From: Takakia lepidozioides
Taxonomy: Eukaryota; Plantae; Bryophyta
Direction: 5' to 3'
DNA length: 64,000 nt
NCBI GenBank assembly: GCA_030704615.1
Contig: CM060733.1
Location: 11,470,001-11,534,000 of the forward strand
This document shows, one piece after another, positions 1 through 12,699 of this stretch (position 1 is its first letter; the number at the start of each line of letters is the position of its first letter). The notes beneath the pieces are model-generated. The model was not told where the DNA came from. It did no database searches and saw nothing but the letters and a program-made list of their open reading frames with translations. A program made the translations under genes and the position numbers.

Positions 1-510
1 TCGCCCTACCAGGTTGGAGATGGCCAACGTCGGGTTCCTTGCCATGATGGAGTCCAAGAAATCTGATTACAAAGGCGAACCATCACCAGTGTGGGAGGAG
101 ATTGTGGAGTTCCTCGGTACGGTGCGTGTTGTCTTTTGCTTCTTGTCTGTTGTGTGCATGGATCGTTTCAATCCTCTTGAGCATTCCATTGCATGCTTGT
201 TTGCAGGCTAAAATGACCAAATCCTAGGTGAACGGGAAGGAGAAGCCATATGCAGCCGAACTCATCATCTTGGACATCCCTGATGGGTTGCCAGTCCCGG
301 ATGTCCCTCCATCGGGTGCTTGTCCAGGTTGGAATGCTTTTGATGAGCGCTACTGGCGGTGGATTTTCTCCTTTTGCAATTTCTTTCTGCCCGATGCAGG
401 TGTTTTGGTGCTCATCCAGTCCATCGACCTTCCCTGTCGCCGTACACTTGCCAGCTATTTGAAAACCTCCGGTATGTGGGTCGTGAAGACATGGAATTGT
501 GTGAACAGCA
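1..510 (+). pseudogene. Spliced gene fragment resembling the N-terminal half of a beta-class N6-adenine/N4-cytosine DNA methyltransferase; truncated by the LINE
   Basis: Exon ..121, GT-AG intron 122-206, exon 207-~510 join in frame, with a TAG at 225-227. The translation AELIILDIPDG...YWRWIFSFCNFFLPDAGVLVLI...LKTSGMWVVKTWNCVN parallels the beta-class pattern DLIIxDPPY...rvLkpgGsi.i...Gf...iiW.k. The catalytic tetrapeptide is DIPD rather than DPPY/SPPY. Confidence 0.45.
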
Positions 511-689
511 TGTACAGGCTTCTTCCTTGCGCACCAAGCCCAGTCAAGGCTGGGTACAGGCCTAGATCGAGTAAGAATCCCCTCTCCTCCCCCTCTTCCC
601 CCTCCCCCCACTCCCCCCTTCAATATCCACCAGCAAAGGCTGAATTTCGCTCCAATGAAGCCCCACCCCCTTCCCCTCAACCAGAGGAG

Positions 690-1752
690 GGGCTGGACCT
701 CACGGAATCCTCTCAGGCAATTCTCAGCAAGGTGTACCCCCTAATCAAAGTGGACCTTCAGAATACAACCAAAGAGGTCCAATCTCTACAGGAGCACAAC
801 ATTCTTGTTCATTTCCCAGGAAGGAAGGTAAGTAGGACTCAGGCGAGAGACTGGACGATCAAGAACCTAGGGGGTCCGGGAGAGCTTCTGCATCAGTTCT
901 GCCATGATAAGGGCAGGGGATTTTACACCATCAATTTTGAGACCTCGGAAGCTGCTGCTCACGCTCTCTCCCTCAATCCTCATTCCAGGGGGTTCAATGT
1001 TAATATCTTTCCATGGTCCTCAAAGATGGAGAAACGGGAAACTCTGGGGCCCCATAGTGGTATCTATTCCATTTATCCCTGACCAATACTTGATCAATCT
1101 TCCGGACATTGCCAACCACTTTGGACACTACTTAGGATGCAGAGGAGTCTTTGACCCCCTAATGAGCACGGAAAAGCTCCGTAAGATTCCAGCCTGGAGT
1201 TCAGGGACTATAGCTTCAAGGCTCAATGACAATGGCTGCGCTACGTTTGTCCTTATCATGCCAAATGAGGAAATCCTCCCGGACTACATCAGGCTCCTAA
1301 TTGATGAAGAAGGGAACTACTTCACAGTTAGAATTATTGAGGACAAGTCCTCATCAGCCTGCTTCAGCTGCGGTACGTTGGGTCATATGCGCAATGAATG
1401 TCCCAACAGCAAGAGAAAGCGATCAGCTCAACATCACTCAGCAAACGATCACCAGTCCCTCTCTCCAATTAGGCCCCAGGCGGTGAATCATCTCTCTGGC
1501 CAGGTCCTCTCTTCACCTGCATCCACCCTGCCATCTTCAGGAGTCATCAACCTGGACACCATGCATTTGGCCTCCGGTATTAGAAGAAGTTACCGCCAAC
1601 ACGGATTCATTGACCCGATGCAGATGGAGGCTCAAGCAATGCTTGGCAGATGGGCAACACGTAACAAAAGGAAATCCAAAGTGGGGGACACCTCCAGCAC
1701 TGTCTCCCCACAACCACCGCTTCATGGGAAGCTGCACCCCCCACATCTATAA
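690..1752 (+). pseudogene. LINE ORF1 (RRM-like region + zinc knuckle), frameshifted near 1040
   Basis: The 3' part of ORF 228..1082 continues into ORF 904..1752; CCHC knuckle at ~1360-1401. Confidence 0.75.
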
Positions 1753-2811
1753 AAGACTTGCCCAATCACCCCCAACCCAGACAGGATCACGGGCATAGCG
1801 AACAATGCGATGCTGGCTAAATCTTGCCTCAAGCTAGCCTCATTCCCTGCATTGGATCTCAGGGGCTGCTCCGCCCTTGAAGTATTTGCAGAGCCCAGGC
1901 TATTTGTGTCACACCCCTAATTTACAGGAAGGGGAGATTCCCAACTATGCTCATCACATCCGATGACATTTCGAATATTGAATCGCTCTGGGTCACAGAA
2001 GTAGATATCACACACTTCTCCACCACCAGCCTACCAGGCTCCAGTCCAGAAGAACTACTCAAAGGGAAAATTCATGAGTTCTTCAAAACATTCCACCCCA
2101 CTACCTCCTCCAGACATCAAAGTTATGTGGGGAGCTTACTTGGAGGACCACCCAGGTTTGAACTCGACGCCTTCGACACATATTCTGGCTCTTATGGAGG
2201 AGGCTGAGATCTATGCAATGCCACCCCCAATTAATGCGATCTGGGTCTTTGAGGAGGGACTTTCTAAGCCCTCGGGAAGTCACCGTATGCAAATCAGGAC
2301 ACATGATACGCTGTTCAACGGTTTCCAGTTGCTGGGAGCACTGTTGGACTCGGAATTGGAAGAAGAAAACTACAGGATGGAGCTGCAGCGCACAAGAGAT
2401 TTTCTGAAGGGTCAGAGACAAGTAACCCCTTCCACCTCCTCATCAAATCTAAATGCTAGCACCCACCCTCGGATTCAAAAGCAAGCTGGAGACGAAGCAT
2501 TGGCTGTCGAAGCAAGCGAGCTCCAGATTTCCCCGCCATTTCAAGGTTCTGCCCCGGACTTCAGCACCACTGAACCGGCCCGGATTGCCCTGCCAATTGA
2601 AGGTTCTGGCCCAGACATCGCCATCTCTGGACTGACTCCTCCCGGGGCCACATCTGCCACTCCTATCCCCCCAGGGCTCCACCCGCACAATCAGGTTCTG
2701 TCTACCCCATCCCCTTGTTTTCTCTTCAAACTTATTCCTCGAGACGCTAGATGCTTATCCTCAGCCCTCTAGAAAGCTACGTCCCATGGCTCGAGGGGAG
2801 GTACATCCATT

Positions 2812-3664
2812 GAGGGCAGCAAATGCGTGAGCAGAACCCGTGAGCAGATTCGTTTGTGCGTGAGCAGATTCCCCGAAGTGTGAGCAGATTGAAAGCGTGA
2901 GCAGATTACTGATGTGGACCTTTTTTGTGCAGGGAAGCAGACATTAAGGTGTTGTCAACGACATCTTAATTCCCAGCCCTGTTGGGACATGACAACGAAT
3001 CATAAGTTATGTAGTCCGAGCAATTTGTAGATGTCATTCATCCCAAATAGCACACCAGAAGAGCAGCCAGATTAAGGTGTCGTTGACCTTAATCTGGCAC
3101 CTTCACGGGAAAAAAAAAAAAAAAAAAAAAAAAAACACACACACACTCACATATATATATATATATATATTGGATAACTTGCAAATGAATCCAACCCTTG
3201 CTTTGCAAAAAACCTGGCATTTACCCAGCATGGATTTCTGGTCACCAGGAAGAAGGACATGACAACGAATCATAAGTTATGTAGTCCGAGCAATTTGTAG
3301 ATGTCATTCATCCAAATAGCACACCAGAAGAGCAGCCAGATTAAGGTGTCGTTGATGACACCTTAATCTAGCACATTTGGGGAAAAAAAAAACGTTTTAA
3401 GGTGCCAGATTAAGGTGGCGCATTCGGATCCACAAACTATATTCATCCAGTGCCATTCGTCCAACAGACATTCATCGGCCATTCATCCATCATTCATCCG
3501 TCATTCATCCATAACGATGAATTGGTATGCATGTTATATTGGACACTACCCGCAGTAATAGGTCCTCTAAGCTGAATAGGTGTCCGTGGTTATAGGTGAG
3601 CAAATCCTGAAGCGTGAGTAGAAATCTGCTCACGGAATATTCTGCTCACACTTTAGCAATCCCC
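2812..3664. mobile_element. Non-autonomous Mutator (MULE)-type DNA transposon inserted in the LINE
   Basis: Exact 9-bp TSD ACATCCATT at 2803-2811 and 3665-3673. Imperfect ~40-bp terminal inverted repeats starting with G (gagggcagcaaatgcgtgagcagaacccgtgagcagatt versus revcomp ggggattgctaaagtgtgagcagaatattccgtgagcagatt). Internal ~100-bp direct repeat at ~2985-3085 and ~3256-3355. No coding capacity. Confidence 0.82.
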
Positions 3665-3699
3665 ACATCCATTCTCCTATCCCCTTCTTTCTTACTGCC

Positions 3700-6268
3700 A
3701 CATGGGTGCCGGGGAGATTGCAATTATGTGCCCTCAAGCTCCCTGAGAACATAGGAATCATGGGTTTTGTCAACATCTATGCCCCTAACTGCCCCTTGGA
3801 AAGGACGGAATTCTGGTAGATCCTTAATTCTAAAATGGAAGACGAGCCTAATATAGACAGCTGGATCCTGGGTGGAGACTTTAACATGGTGGAGTCGTAT
3901 GAAGACAGACGAGGCGCTGGGAACTTCAACCCTAACATGGTAGAAATGGACCAATGGCTCTCGGGAACTCAAAACCATAACTTGGTGGAATCCACCACAG
4001 TTTTCCCGGACGCTTCAAACCTCTCCGATCACCTGGACAAACAACAGAGACCTTCAGAATCTGCAAATGGGTGTACGTCTTTTTCCATATGGTCCAGTGG
4101 ACCAAAAGCGAAATCCAAGAACCCATCCCCTTAGGTTTTGACCACGCTCCAATCCAAGCATCCATCTCTATCCCTTCAGTGCAGCGCAGGGGTAGGGGTA
4201 TTTTCAAACTTAACAACCTTCTCCTAAAGTCACCTGTCTTCAAGCAGGCCCTCCAGTTAGCTTGGTTTCATGCAGGTTCTCCAACCCAAAGCCCAACTGA
4301 CAGGTTCTTGGCCAAACTCAAAGCTGTCAACGTTGTCAGTCAAAAGCTCAGTCAAGATATGGTAGAAGCTTGCAAAAGGAAGGTTAAAGCCCTTACCAAA
4401 TGCCTCAAGATCTGCCAGGCCCGCATGGAATCAACCCGGTGCGATGAGGCTACCTTTAGGACTTACCAGGAAGCTAGACACAACCTGGAAATCTTTCAGG
4501 ACTTGCGAGATCGGAAAATGAAGCTGCAGGCAGGGATCAATTGGTCCACAAAGGGAGAAAAAAATGACAAACTACTTCTTTGATAAAACCAGGCTGCGAA
4601 GGGCATCCCAAACATCTCAGAACTCATTCCCAATCCTTCGGGGTCTCTGCATCATCCCCCAAGTCACTGGCGGACATGACAGCCTCTCATTTTCGATCCC
4701 TCTTCACCTTAGACCTCCCTGATCTCTCCCTCTCCAACCTGCAATCTCAATGCCTCTCCCACACTCCCTCTATCCTCTCCCCCTCCGTAGCCACGACGTT
4801 GGAAGGTGAATTCTCGGATCTGGAACTAGGGGCGGCCCTCAACAAATTGCAAAACAACAAATCTCCTAGAATTGATGGTCTATCAGTGGAATTCTACAAA
4901 GCTCTTTGGACCGACATCTCCCAGGATTACCGACATGGCAAACCATCTCTTCTCCATGCAATCCATGCCGCCTTGTATGTCCCAGGGGGTCATCACCCTG
5001 ATCTTCAAAAAATGGGACAGATCTGATGTATCTTACACGCCCATCACGCTCCTCAACGTGGCATACAAAATAATAGCAAAAGTTGTGGCTATGAGACTAC
5101 AGCCCCTGTTGCCCTCTCTAATTAGACCCAACCAATCTGGCTTCATAAAAGGTAGATACATTCTGGACAACCTCCTCTTGGCCCAAGAGATCCCGTTCTT
5201 TGCAAGCCTGACCTCCCAAGCTATAGCCCTTCTCCTCCTTGACTTTGAGAAAGCGTTTGATATGGTAGAATGGTCCTTCCTTCTAGGAGCTTTGTCCAAA
5301 ATTGGCTTCCCAGAGTCCTTTTGCCAATGGGTTAAGATTTTGCTCCTCTCTTCCACAAACAGAGTTATTATAAATGGAGCACTCTCCAAACCCTTTGAGC
5401 TCCACAGATCTGTAAGGCAAGGATGCCCCTTGGCCCCCTTCCTCTTCCTCATTGTGGCCGACTCTCTTGGTTATATGCTTCAAAACAACCTGCCATCAAG
5501 GGTCTCTCGGTCACTAATTTCTACACCCACCAGGCAACCCACATAGTAGATTCTATATTCGTGGATGATACCTTCCTGATGCTCCAGGCAGATACTGCCA
5601 ATCTGGACTCTACGGTGCTCACACTCAACACATTCTACTCGGCCTCAGGATTCAAGGTGAACTAGAACAAGACTTCAGCACTACTGGTGGCTGACCTCAC
5701 GGCTACAACCATGGACCCACTACCAACCTGGGGCTCCCAACATGGCCTTAAATGGCTTCAGCCAGGTGAATCTACAATCCTGCTGGGATACACCTTTGGC
5801 ATTGGCCTATCGGATGATCAGAGATTTGCCCCAATCCTAGCCAATCTTAAGCGCCAGCTTTCATATTGGGGCTCTAAACATCTGGCCATCTCAGGAAGAG
5901 CTCTCACAGTCAAACAAATCTTGGAGGCAGGAATTTGGTACTTTGCCTCTTCCTGGAGACAGGACCCCAAGCATATCTTGGAGATCACCCGCCTTCTAAG
6001 GAACTTCATCTGGGGCGCGCAAAAAGCTGGGCAGGGAAAAAGGCCACAAGTAGCCTGGAAACATATCTGTATGCCCAAAAACATGGGAGGATTAGGGGTT
6101 ATGGATCCTGAAACCCAAATAACAGCTCTCTTGGGGAAATGGATTCCTCGTTTTCTTGGTCCAGAGGGGGGGGGGGGGTGGTGGAAGTTCCTCGTGGCCC
6201 CACACATAACGCAGGCTTCGCCCCTCAAAAGGGCCAAATGGAACCCCTCTTTCAGATGGACGACTTAG
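3700..6268 (+). pseudogene. LINE ORF2 (AP endonuclease C-terminal part, reverse transcriptase)
   Basis: ORFs 3835..4134, 4071..4583, 4580..5026, 4872..5546, 5423..5665 and 5687..6268 are consecutive frameshifted pieces carrying the EN and RT motifs. Confidence 0.92.
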
Positions 6269-7028
6269 GGGTAGGGTCCCCGCAAACCATATGGAGAGCC
6301 TAGGACAAACTCAGGAAATTCCTAAAAAAGGCAGAGCCTACATCATTCTATGAAACCATTCGCCAAAGCCTCTTTCTCAATTCAAACTCTCCATCGGCTA
6401 TCCAAAAGAAAGAGGCAAAACGATGGTAAGCCTGGGATCACCTTGGAATTTCCCAGATTGGTCACTTATGGGCAAATGGAGACTGGAAATTAGTGGAATC
6501 CATTGCCACATTGGTTGGTAAGGTGCCTGGGGGGTGCACTCCTCATTAAATGTACCAGCCACGTGCGTGCACAGGAGGGGGTATTTTAAACCCCCCCATG
6601 TACAACATTATACATACAGAGGGGGGTTTAAAACACCTTAAATAATTTTACAGGAGGGGGTTGTTGAGTTTTAAGGGATAAGAATGACGTTTACGTCGCG
6701 ATGCACCGCGGGATCAAATCGCGGGATCGTCGTTTTGTTTGTTTTTTTTTTTCGCTCCGCGATCTTTCTCCCCTGACCTCCAGCGGCTTTCTCTTTTCTT
6801 TCTCCTCCTCTCCCGCGTTCGCCTTCCCTTCCGCGGGCTTTCTCTTTTCCCTCCTCTCCTCTCCCCTCCTCTCCACAGGGCATGGTAGGACAATGTGGTG
6901 AGGGCACCTTCTTCTTCGACCTATTTCAGCATGTCTTGCCCTCTCATGTCAGGCCGTGCTCAGCTGCACCGTGGTGTCTTCAAATGGATCAATTTTTCAG
7001 ACACTTGCTTGCCAACTGAATGATGCAG

Positions 7029-7127
7029 GTTCACTTGGGAAATACACCTAACAGTTTGTCAGAGCGTGATTTTGAGGACTTGGCAAGGAAGACGGAGGGG
7101 TTTTCAGGGTCAGATGTTGTTGTTTGT
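7029..7127 (+). pseudogene. SKD1: Isolated exon of the AAA-ATPase SKD1/VPS4
   Basis: 99-nt exon bounded by tgcAG and GTaagc. It translates VHLGNTPNSLSERDFEDLARKTEGFSGSDVVVC, matching the plant SKD1/VPS4 segment VHLGDTPHNL...DFE.LARKTEGFSGSD. No neighbouring SKD1 exons recognised. Confidence 0.82.
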
Positions 7128-7546
7128 GTAAGCCACTCTCCTTGTCAGCCTGATTTCTGAGCAGGGTTGGCTTCCTTTAAAGGTTTTTGGGTGAGAGGAA
7201 ATAGAAGAAGTAATCAAGGCTGTTTCTGAATCTTGGGGCAGCTGGCATTGATGTTGGCCTGTTTTCCTGAGACTATCTTCTGCGTTAGTGGATTACAACA
7301 TTAATTTCATGGAATTAAGGACTACTGACTATTTTCAAAAAATCAAAATATTTTCGCTGCCGTTTATCGACACTGCCGTTTTTCTTTTTCTTTTTCAAAT
7401 TTTTCATGAACATTTCGATATGAAACGTTCATTTGACATGAACAAACTAGGTAACCGGTGAGAAGGGGCTGGGTTATCGGTTGTAGCTGAGGCGCCGTAG
7501 CGCCGAAGCTAACAACTAACCTGGCCCCTTCGAACCGGTTACCAGC

Positions 7547-7852
7547 CATAGTCGACCAAATCAGCAGGTCGAGATGATGGCTACCCACTCATTTCATGCC
7601 ACCTGTCATGAGGAGCAGGGTAGGTTATGGTGGCAGCCAATCAAAAGTAAGTCTCACAGGGCAGGTTACGGTGGCAGCCAATCAGATTGAAGTCACGTGT
7701 GACAAGACGTAGGTTATGGTGGCATCCAATGAGCGTTAAGCAGTGTGTCAGGCGCGCGACGTCTGGAGACCGGGCTACCCTGCATAACCCCACATGTTCA
7801 GAACCACTAAGAAAACACCACGTCATCGAGACCTGTTGATCGGCCGACTATG
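7547..7852. mobile_element. MITE-like element with ~30-bp imperfect terminal inverted repeats
   Basis: catagtcgaccaaatcagcaggtcgagatga (7547-) versus revcomp of the right end catagtcggccgatcaacaggtctcgatga (-7852). Three internal copies of ggttatggtggcagccaatca. No convincing TSD. Confidence 0.55.
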
Positions 7853-8289
7853 TTCATTCCACAGAGCTTCCATCCACCAGCTTAGGCATCCGCTCTTTCT
7901 CATATGAGCCACGTCCAAGGGCACCAAAACCCACAAAACCCCTACAAGCATGAAGACATTGAAGACCACAAAATTGAGAACACAACCACTCTGACCTTAT
8001 AGGAACTACATACGCCTATGCCTAGCATGACAGCCTAGCATGACAGTCCACATCTCCTGCAAACATTTACAAGAGATGTGCATGATGTGATTGTCATATT
8101 ACATACCATTTTTCCTTTCACAAGATCTGGGCATCCTCCATTTTCTTGCGGCCATTCATATTCTCCATTAGTATAACCTGCACAAGGATGAATGGAAGGC
8201 ACAGAAAGCCACGCCCAGATTATCAGAAGACACAAAAGAACACTTGACCTCAGTAAGGATACAATGGGTGCATGATTCATACAAAATGC

Positions 8290-9070
8290 TATCATGGTCT
8301 TCTACATGTCGTATTACCCCATATGATGATGTGCAGAGTATAACCAGCTACTAGGTGATCAGCTTGCCATAAGTGTCCACTAACATCTACCATGGCCTTA
8401 TCAGTCAGTGGATGAAAATAGGTGACCAATTTGCTAGCTGAAATGCCTTGAATCTGGGTTGAAATTAGTAAAGAGAAAAGAGAAATTAGTAACCAATTTG
8501 AGCCATGGTTGTGGGAGACTACGAACAAGATTCACAAGCTGCCATTAGGACTGACTTCTCTACCACCTGGCATCACTGTCACCACACTAATCTCAGTGGA
8601 ATAGCCATCTGAGTCTGACTGCAACACCTCCAGCTGATAAACCCTGGTGGCCACTGACCCCACGCCCAGTTTGAGCAGAACAAAAGGGGACACACAGAGA
8701 GATAGAGATGTATCCATTGAACAATCTTGGCAGTCCACTTCAGCCACTTGTGAATTGGATGTAGCGGGGAAATAAAAGCCACAGAACCACTCAACAAGGA
8801 CCGCAATTAACCACCTCAAATTGAGCTCTAGAATGGAAAGGGCTGCAGAAAACGCCTGAATATACATGGCATTCCCACTGGCCAGAGGTATGGCAGATCC
8901 AAGCTCTGCAAAAATGAGGGAGCCACACAGTGCCACAGCTCCAACAGCCACCCATGCCAAAAGCCCCAAGCCTACGCTTCCCACATACATGACTGCCACA
9001 AGTGAGAAACCACCAATTGTAGCAAGAGGGATATCCTTGCTTGAATTCTTGAGTTCCTGTGCCAGAAAGA
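8290..9070 (-). pseudogene. Rearranged fragments of an APC-superfamily (LAT/SteT/Mup1-like) amino-acid permease
   Basis: SDIFFLAQELKNSSKDIPLATIGGFSLVAVMYV (TM6-7 loop type, cf. EElknP.rnlP.ai) is fused directly to GSVGLGLLAWVAVGAVALCGSLIFAELGSAIPLASGNAMYIQAF (TM2 type, cf. yAELgtaiP.sGG.y.Y). An AG acceptor precedes the first piece. Confidence 0.7.
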
Positions 9071-11216
9071 AAATATCACTCCTACACACAAACATGGAAA
9101 GTAGATGGAACCCTCACAAGGAAGAAATCAAACTCTAGTCCTCATCCAAATCCGCATAAAGCTCTTGAGCATTTAAGAGCTTAAAAGAATAACCCAGCTC
9201 TTCTGATCCTGTTCTCCAATCTCCTGCTGCTGTTCTCCAAGTCTGTTTCAGCATTTCTTCTCTCAAGCCTTTCCACTCAATCACAAATGTCCAAAGCACA
9301 GGGTATGTAGACAAAACATACTCTATGTGCTCTGGAAGCCCCGAAACAAATTCAAAGAAAAGTTTAAACGTCTCCTCCCACTGTAGTTCTACCTTGTCTC
9401 CTGCGTCTAACCCCCACAGGGACCAACCAAGTCTTCCTGTATCTAGCTTTTTTCACATTGAAATGGTATTCATTCTTTTCAAACCCAAACTCCCTATACT
9501 TCCTAAAATCCCTCTCATACAAAAAATCTACTCCTCCACTAGAAACTAACAAAGACATGCCAGAACATGCAAACACCAGGGCATGCAAAACATAGAGGAG
9601 AAGAAACTGGGCAAAGAGACTCTCATACCATATGCACTGCCATATATGGCTGCTCTTCTCTTTGCAAACCCCTTCCGAATATTATAATAATAATAAATAA
9701 TTAGCTAATTATTTAATTACTTAATTAATGGGAGCCAAAAGTCCACACTCCACACTCCACAGAACACTCACAGTGGGTGGTTCATTTGCCTTTGATGCAG
9801 GGTCATAAAGTGTTAGAGTGCAGACAACCGAGGCACCACAATTGAAAAATGAATTTATGCCTACAGATTGATTGATTCTGAGACAAGAATCTTGAAGAGA
9901 GGAGGGCTTACATATATTCCTGGTACAAATTGAAGTCCTCAAGAAGTAGTTGGGAGAAAAGACTCCCCCCAAGGCCACCCTCGTCCATGCAGTAGCCAGA
10001 CCTGCACATATGATACCTGAGACAAGCGTCAGCCAAGGGCAGCGCCTGCTGGGGTGATGTACCTGCCCCTGTGAATCCATATAGAGCATTTGAGCATAGT
10101 TGCATTAATAAAAATCCCAGCCACAGTTAGAAATGTGCAAACCATGCATTTAGGACCATATACAAGATTCACAAAATCATCCTTGGCTAACAATCTCACT
10201 GAGGTTGTAAGATGATATCAATTAGAAGTTCACTAGTTTGTGGACCCATAAATTGAGACTCCATCAATCAGTCAAAAGAGCGAACTGTGTCTATCTGCGT
10301 CTACATAACCCCCACCCCATGAACCGAGCGGGGGTTGAACCCACTTCTCTGCCCAGTCTTGCAGACGGGTTCCCCCCCCTCCCCCCCCCCCCCCCCCAAA
10401 AAAAAAGCAAACCCAGAAACCCACCATTCACCAGCCCCCTAAGCCAACTATCCCCCTACACCCTGCCTCACCCATTGGAAGAAACCCCCAACAACAAAAA
10501 ACCCACCCACACACTAGAAGAGAAACCGGCTTTTTCCACACTTTTTGCTGTGGAATCAGCCACAATCCACACCTGTCGTGGGTGTAAGAAACGACTAGTG
10601 CTTTCGGACACCCTGTGGACGGCCTGGCTCTCGGGTGGCCCTGTGGAAAAGTCCACGGGTGACTGAATCCAGAGGTGGCTTTTTTCACGGGGTGAATGGC
10701 TTTTTCCACGAGCGATGTGTGCTTTGGCGAACACCGCCACGTGGATCCTAGACGTACAAAGGGTGTGGACTTGTCCACACCTACGGGAAAATTATGCGAC
10801 AGCCTGTCACCATGGCTTGACGACACCTGGGCAACGGTATGGGCACGACGTGTATTTTTGTCAGGGCAACACGTGGCATATTTTGGAGCAACTCTTGGTG
10901 TGGGTGTGGAGTATTTTACTGCCTATACTGTAGGTCATTCCACATAACTGTGGAGAAGACCATAGCGGGTGTGAAATATACTACGACTTACGTTGTAGGA
11001 CATTCCACATAAATGTGGAGGATACCACAGTTCACCGTAGGTTGCCTGTGGTCAGTATCATGATCTAAAGACACCTAAACACAATTCCCAAGCATCACGA
11101 CAACAACTTGCTCATGACATGAAGAACTGACTAAGCATGGCCAGAACAACAGATAGAATGAGCAAATGCAACAATAATTCAAAATTACATAAGTGCTTCA
11201 CTGCCCAAATACACTT

Positions 11217-11284
11217 CAGTCTGACATCAAAGAGTCTGAGTCTGAGTCTGAGTCTGAGATCAAAGATCTGAGTCTGAGTCTGAG
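11217..11284. repeat. (TCTGAG)n hexamer microsatellite, interrupted
   Basis: Directly visible runs of agtctg/tctgag. Confidence 0.85.
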
Positions 11285-11474
11285 GCAGAGGCCAGGTTGT
11301 ACAATGCAGCCCAGCACAAAGGTTCAGCCTAAAGCTCCAAAAAACGACATTTGTTTGTTTTCCAAGTTCCTGCATAAGATGCACCAACCAACATTGCATT
11401 GTGAGACACTCACTATACTCCAAAGCTATCAGGGAAGGTCACTGAGCAACCTGCCAAGGCGGAAACACCTGAGT

Positions 11475-12690
11475 TTGGACCCACACTATATCCCTGCTCC
11501 TTCAGCTATCCATGCCTCTGCACAAATCAAGCATACATCCTTGCCTTGCTACTAGCAGCTGACGATGATAGCCTAGATTTGTTCTAGGAAACACCCAACT
11601 CAACTTATCACACTAGTTCCTATGCTCAATTGCATCCTCTACTCTCTATGATCCAACAAGCATTCACCTTCTTGCCTCGATTGTCCCACCATTGACTGGG
11701 GTCAGAAAAGTATTCATTCCACAGCTTGTCCTCGTCTCTGTTACCTAGTTCTGGATACTTTCTTGTTGTCACATCGGCAGTATCATGCCAAAGTCACTCC
11801 AAACTAGATTCACTCAACCAGCTAACTTGCAGAATTCAACATGGAAAGTTAGGGCCGATTCTAATAAGAGGGAAATGTAATGAAGAAGATGCTTTCATTA
11901 GCAGTGCCTGATTATATCAATTGTGCCGCTGCTGCCAGTTGACCATCTACCCATGCAAGTTTCTGGTAGCTATTGATCCACAGGGGATCACAGGTAATGT
12001 GGAGCTTGAAATCTGCCCCTCTTAGATGAATCTGGACCCACACTCTATCCCTGCTCCTTCAGCTATCCATGCCTCTGCACAAATCATGCATTCATCCTTT
12101 CTGTGCTACTAGCAACTGACAATGAAAGCCTAGAATTGTTCTAGGAAACACCCAACTCAACTTATCACACTAGTTCCTATGCTCAATTGCATTTGCTATT
12201 CTCTGTAATCCAACAGGCATTTACCTTTTGCCTCGATTGTCCCACCATTGACTGGGGTCAGAAAAGTATTCATTCCACAGCTCCTGGTCTTCTTGTCTCT
12301 GTTACCTATTTCTGGATACTTTCCTGTTGTCACATTGGCAATATCAAAGGTTTACTCAACCAACACCTTGCAGAATTCAACATGAAAATTCAAGGTCGAT
12401 TCTGATAAGAGGAAAAAACAGTCACTCCAAACTATCAAAGGTTTACTCAACCAGCACCTTGCAGAATTCAACATGAAAATTCAAGGCCGATTCTGATAAG
12501 AGGGAAAAACAGGGTGAAATGTGTTGAAGAACGTGCCTTCATTAGCAGTGCCTGAATTTATCTATTGTGTTGTTGTTGCTGCAGCTTCCAGTTGACCATC
12601 TACCCATGCAGGTTGCTAGGTAGCTATTGATTCACAGGGAATCATAAGTAATCTTGTGCCTGAAATTTGGCCACACTCTATCCCTTCGCT
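11475..12690 (-). repeat. Tandem, partly deleted copies of the PPR-gene upstream/N-terminal segment
   Basis: Blocks 11478-11790 and 12034-12345 are near-identical. The motifs gttgaccatctacccatgcagg and gcagaattcaacatgaaaatt recur here and at ~14380, 15015, 15260 and 38320. Confidence 0.75.
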
Positions 12691-12699
12691 TCTTTTCCC

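Larger units (their letters stand above)
520..6535 (+). mobile_element. Decayed L1-clade LINE retrotransposon (ORF1 + endonuclease + RT), 3' truncated
   Basis: ORF1 has an RRM-like segment GRGFYTINFETSEAAAHAL and a CCHC knuckle CFSCGTLGHMRNEC. Endonuclease motifs NIYAPN, WILGGDFN, DHAPI. RT motifs PITLLNVAYKIIAK, QSGFIKGR, LLDFEKAFD, VRQGCPLAPFLF, FVDD. Downstream VAWKHICMPKNMGGLG is typical of plant L1. Many frameshifts; boundaries approximate. Confidence 0.93.

Noticed and set aside
10230-11056. CCAC/GTGG-rich segment suggestive of a CACTA-type terminus
   Set aside because: No matching inverted terminus or TSD was found.
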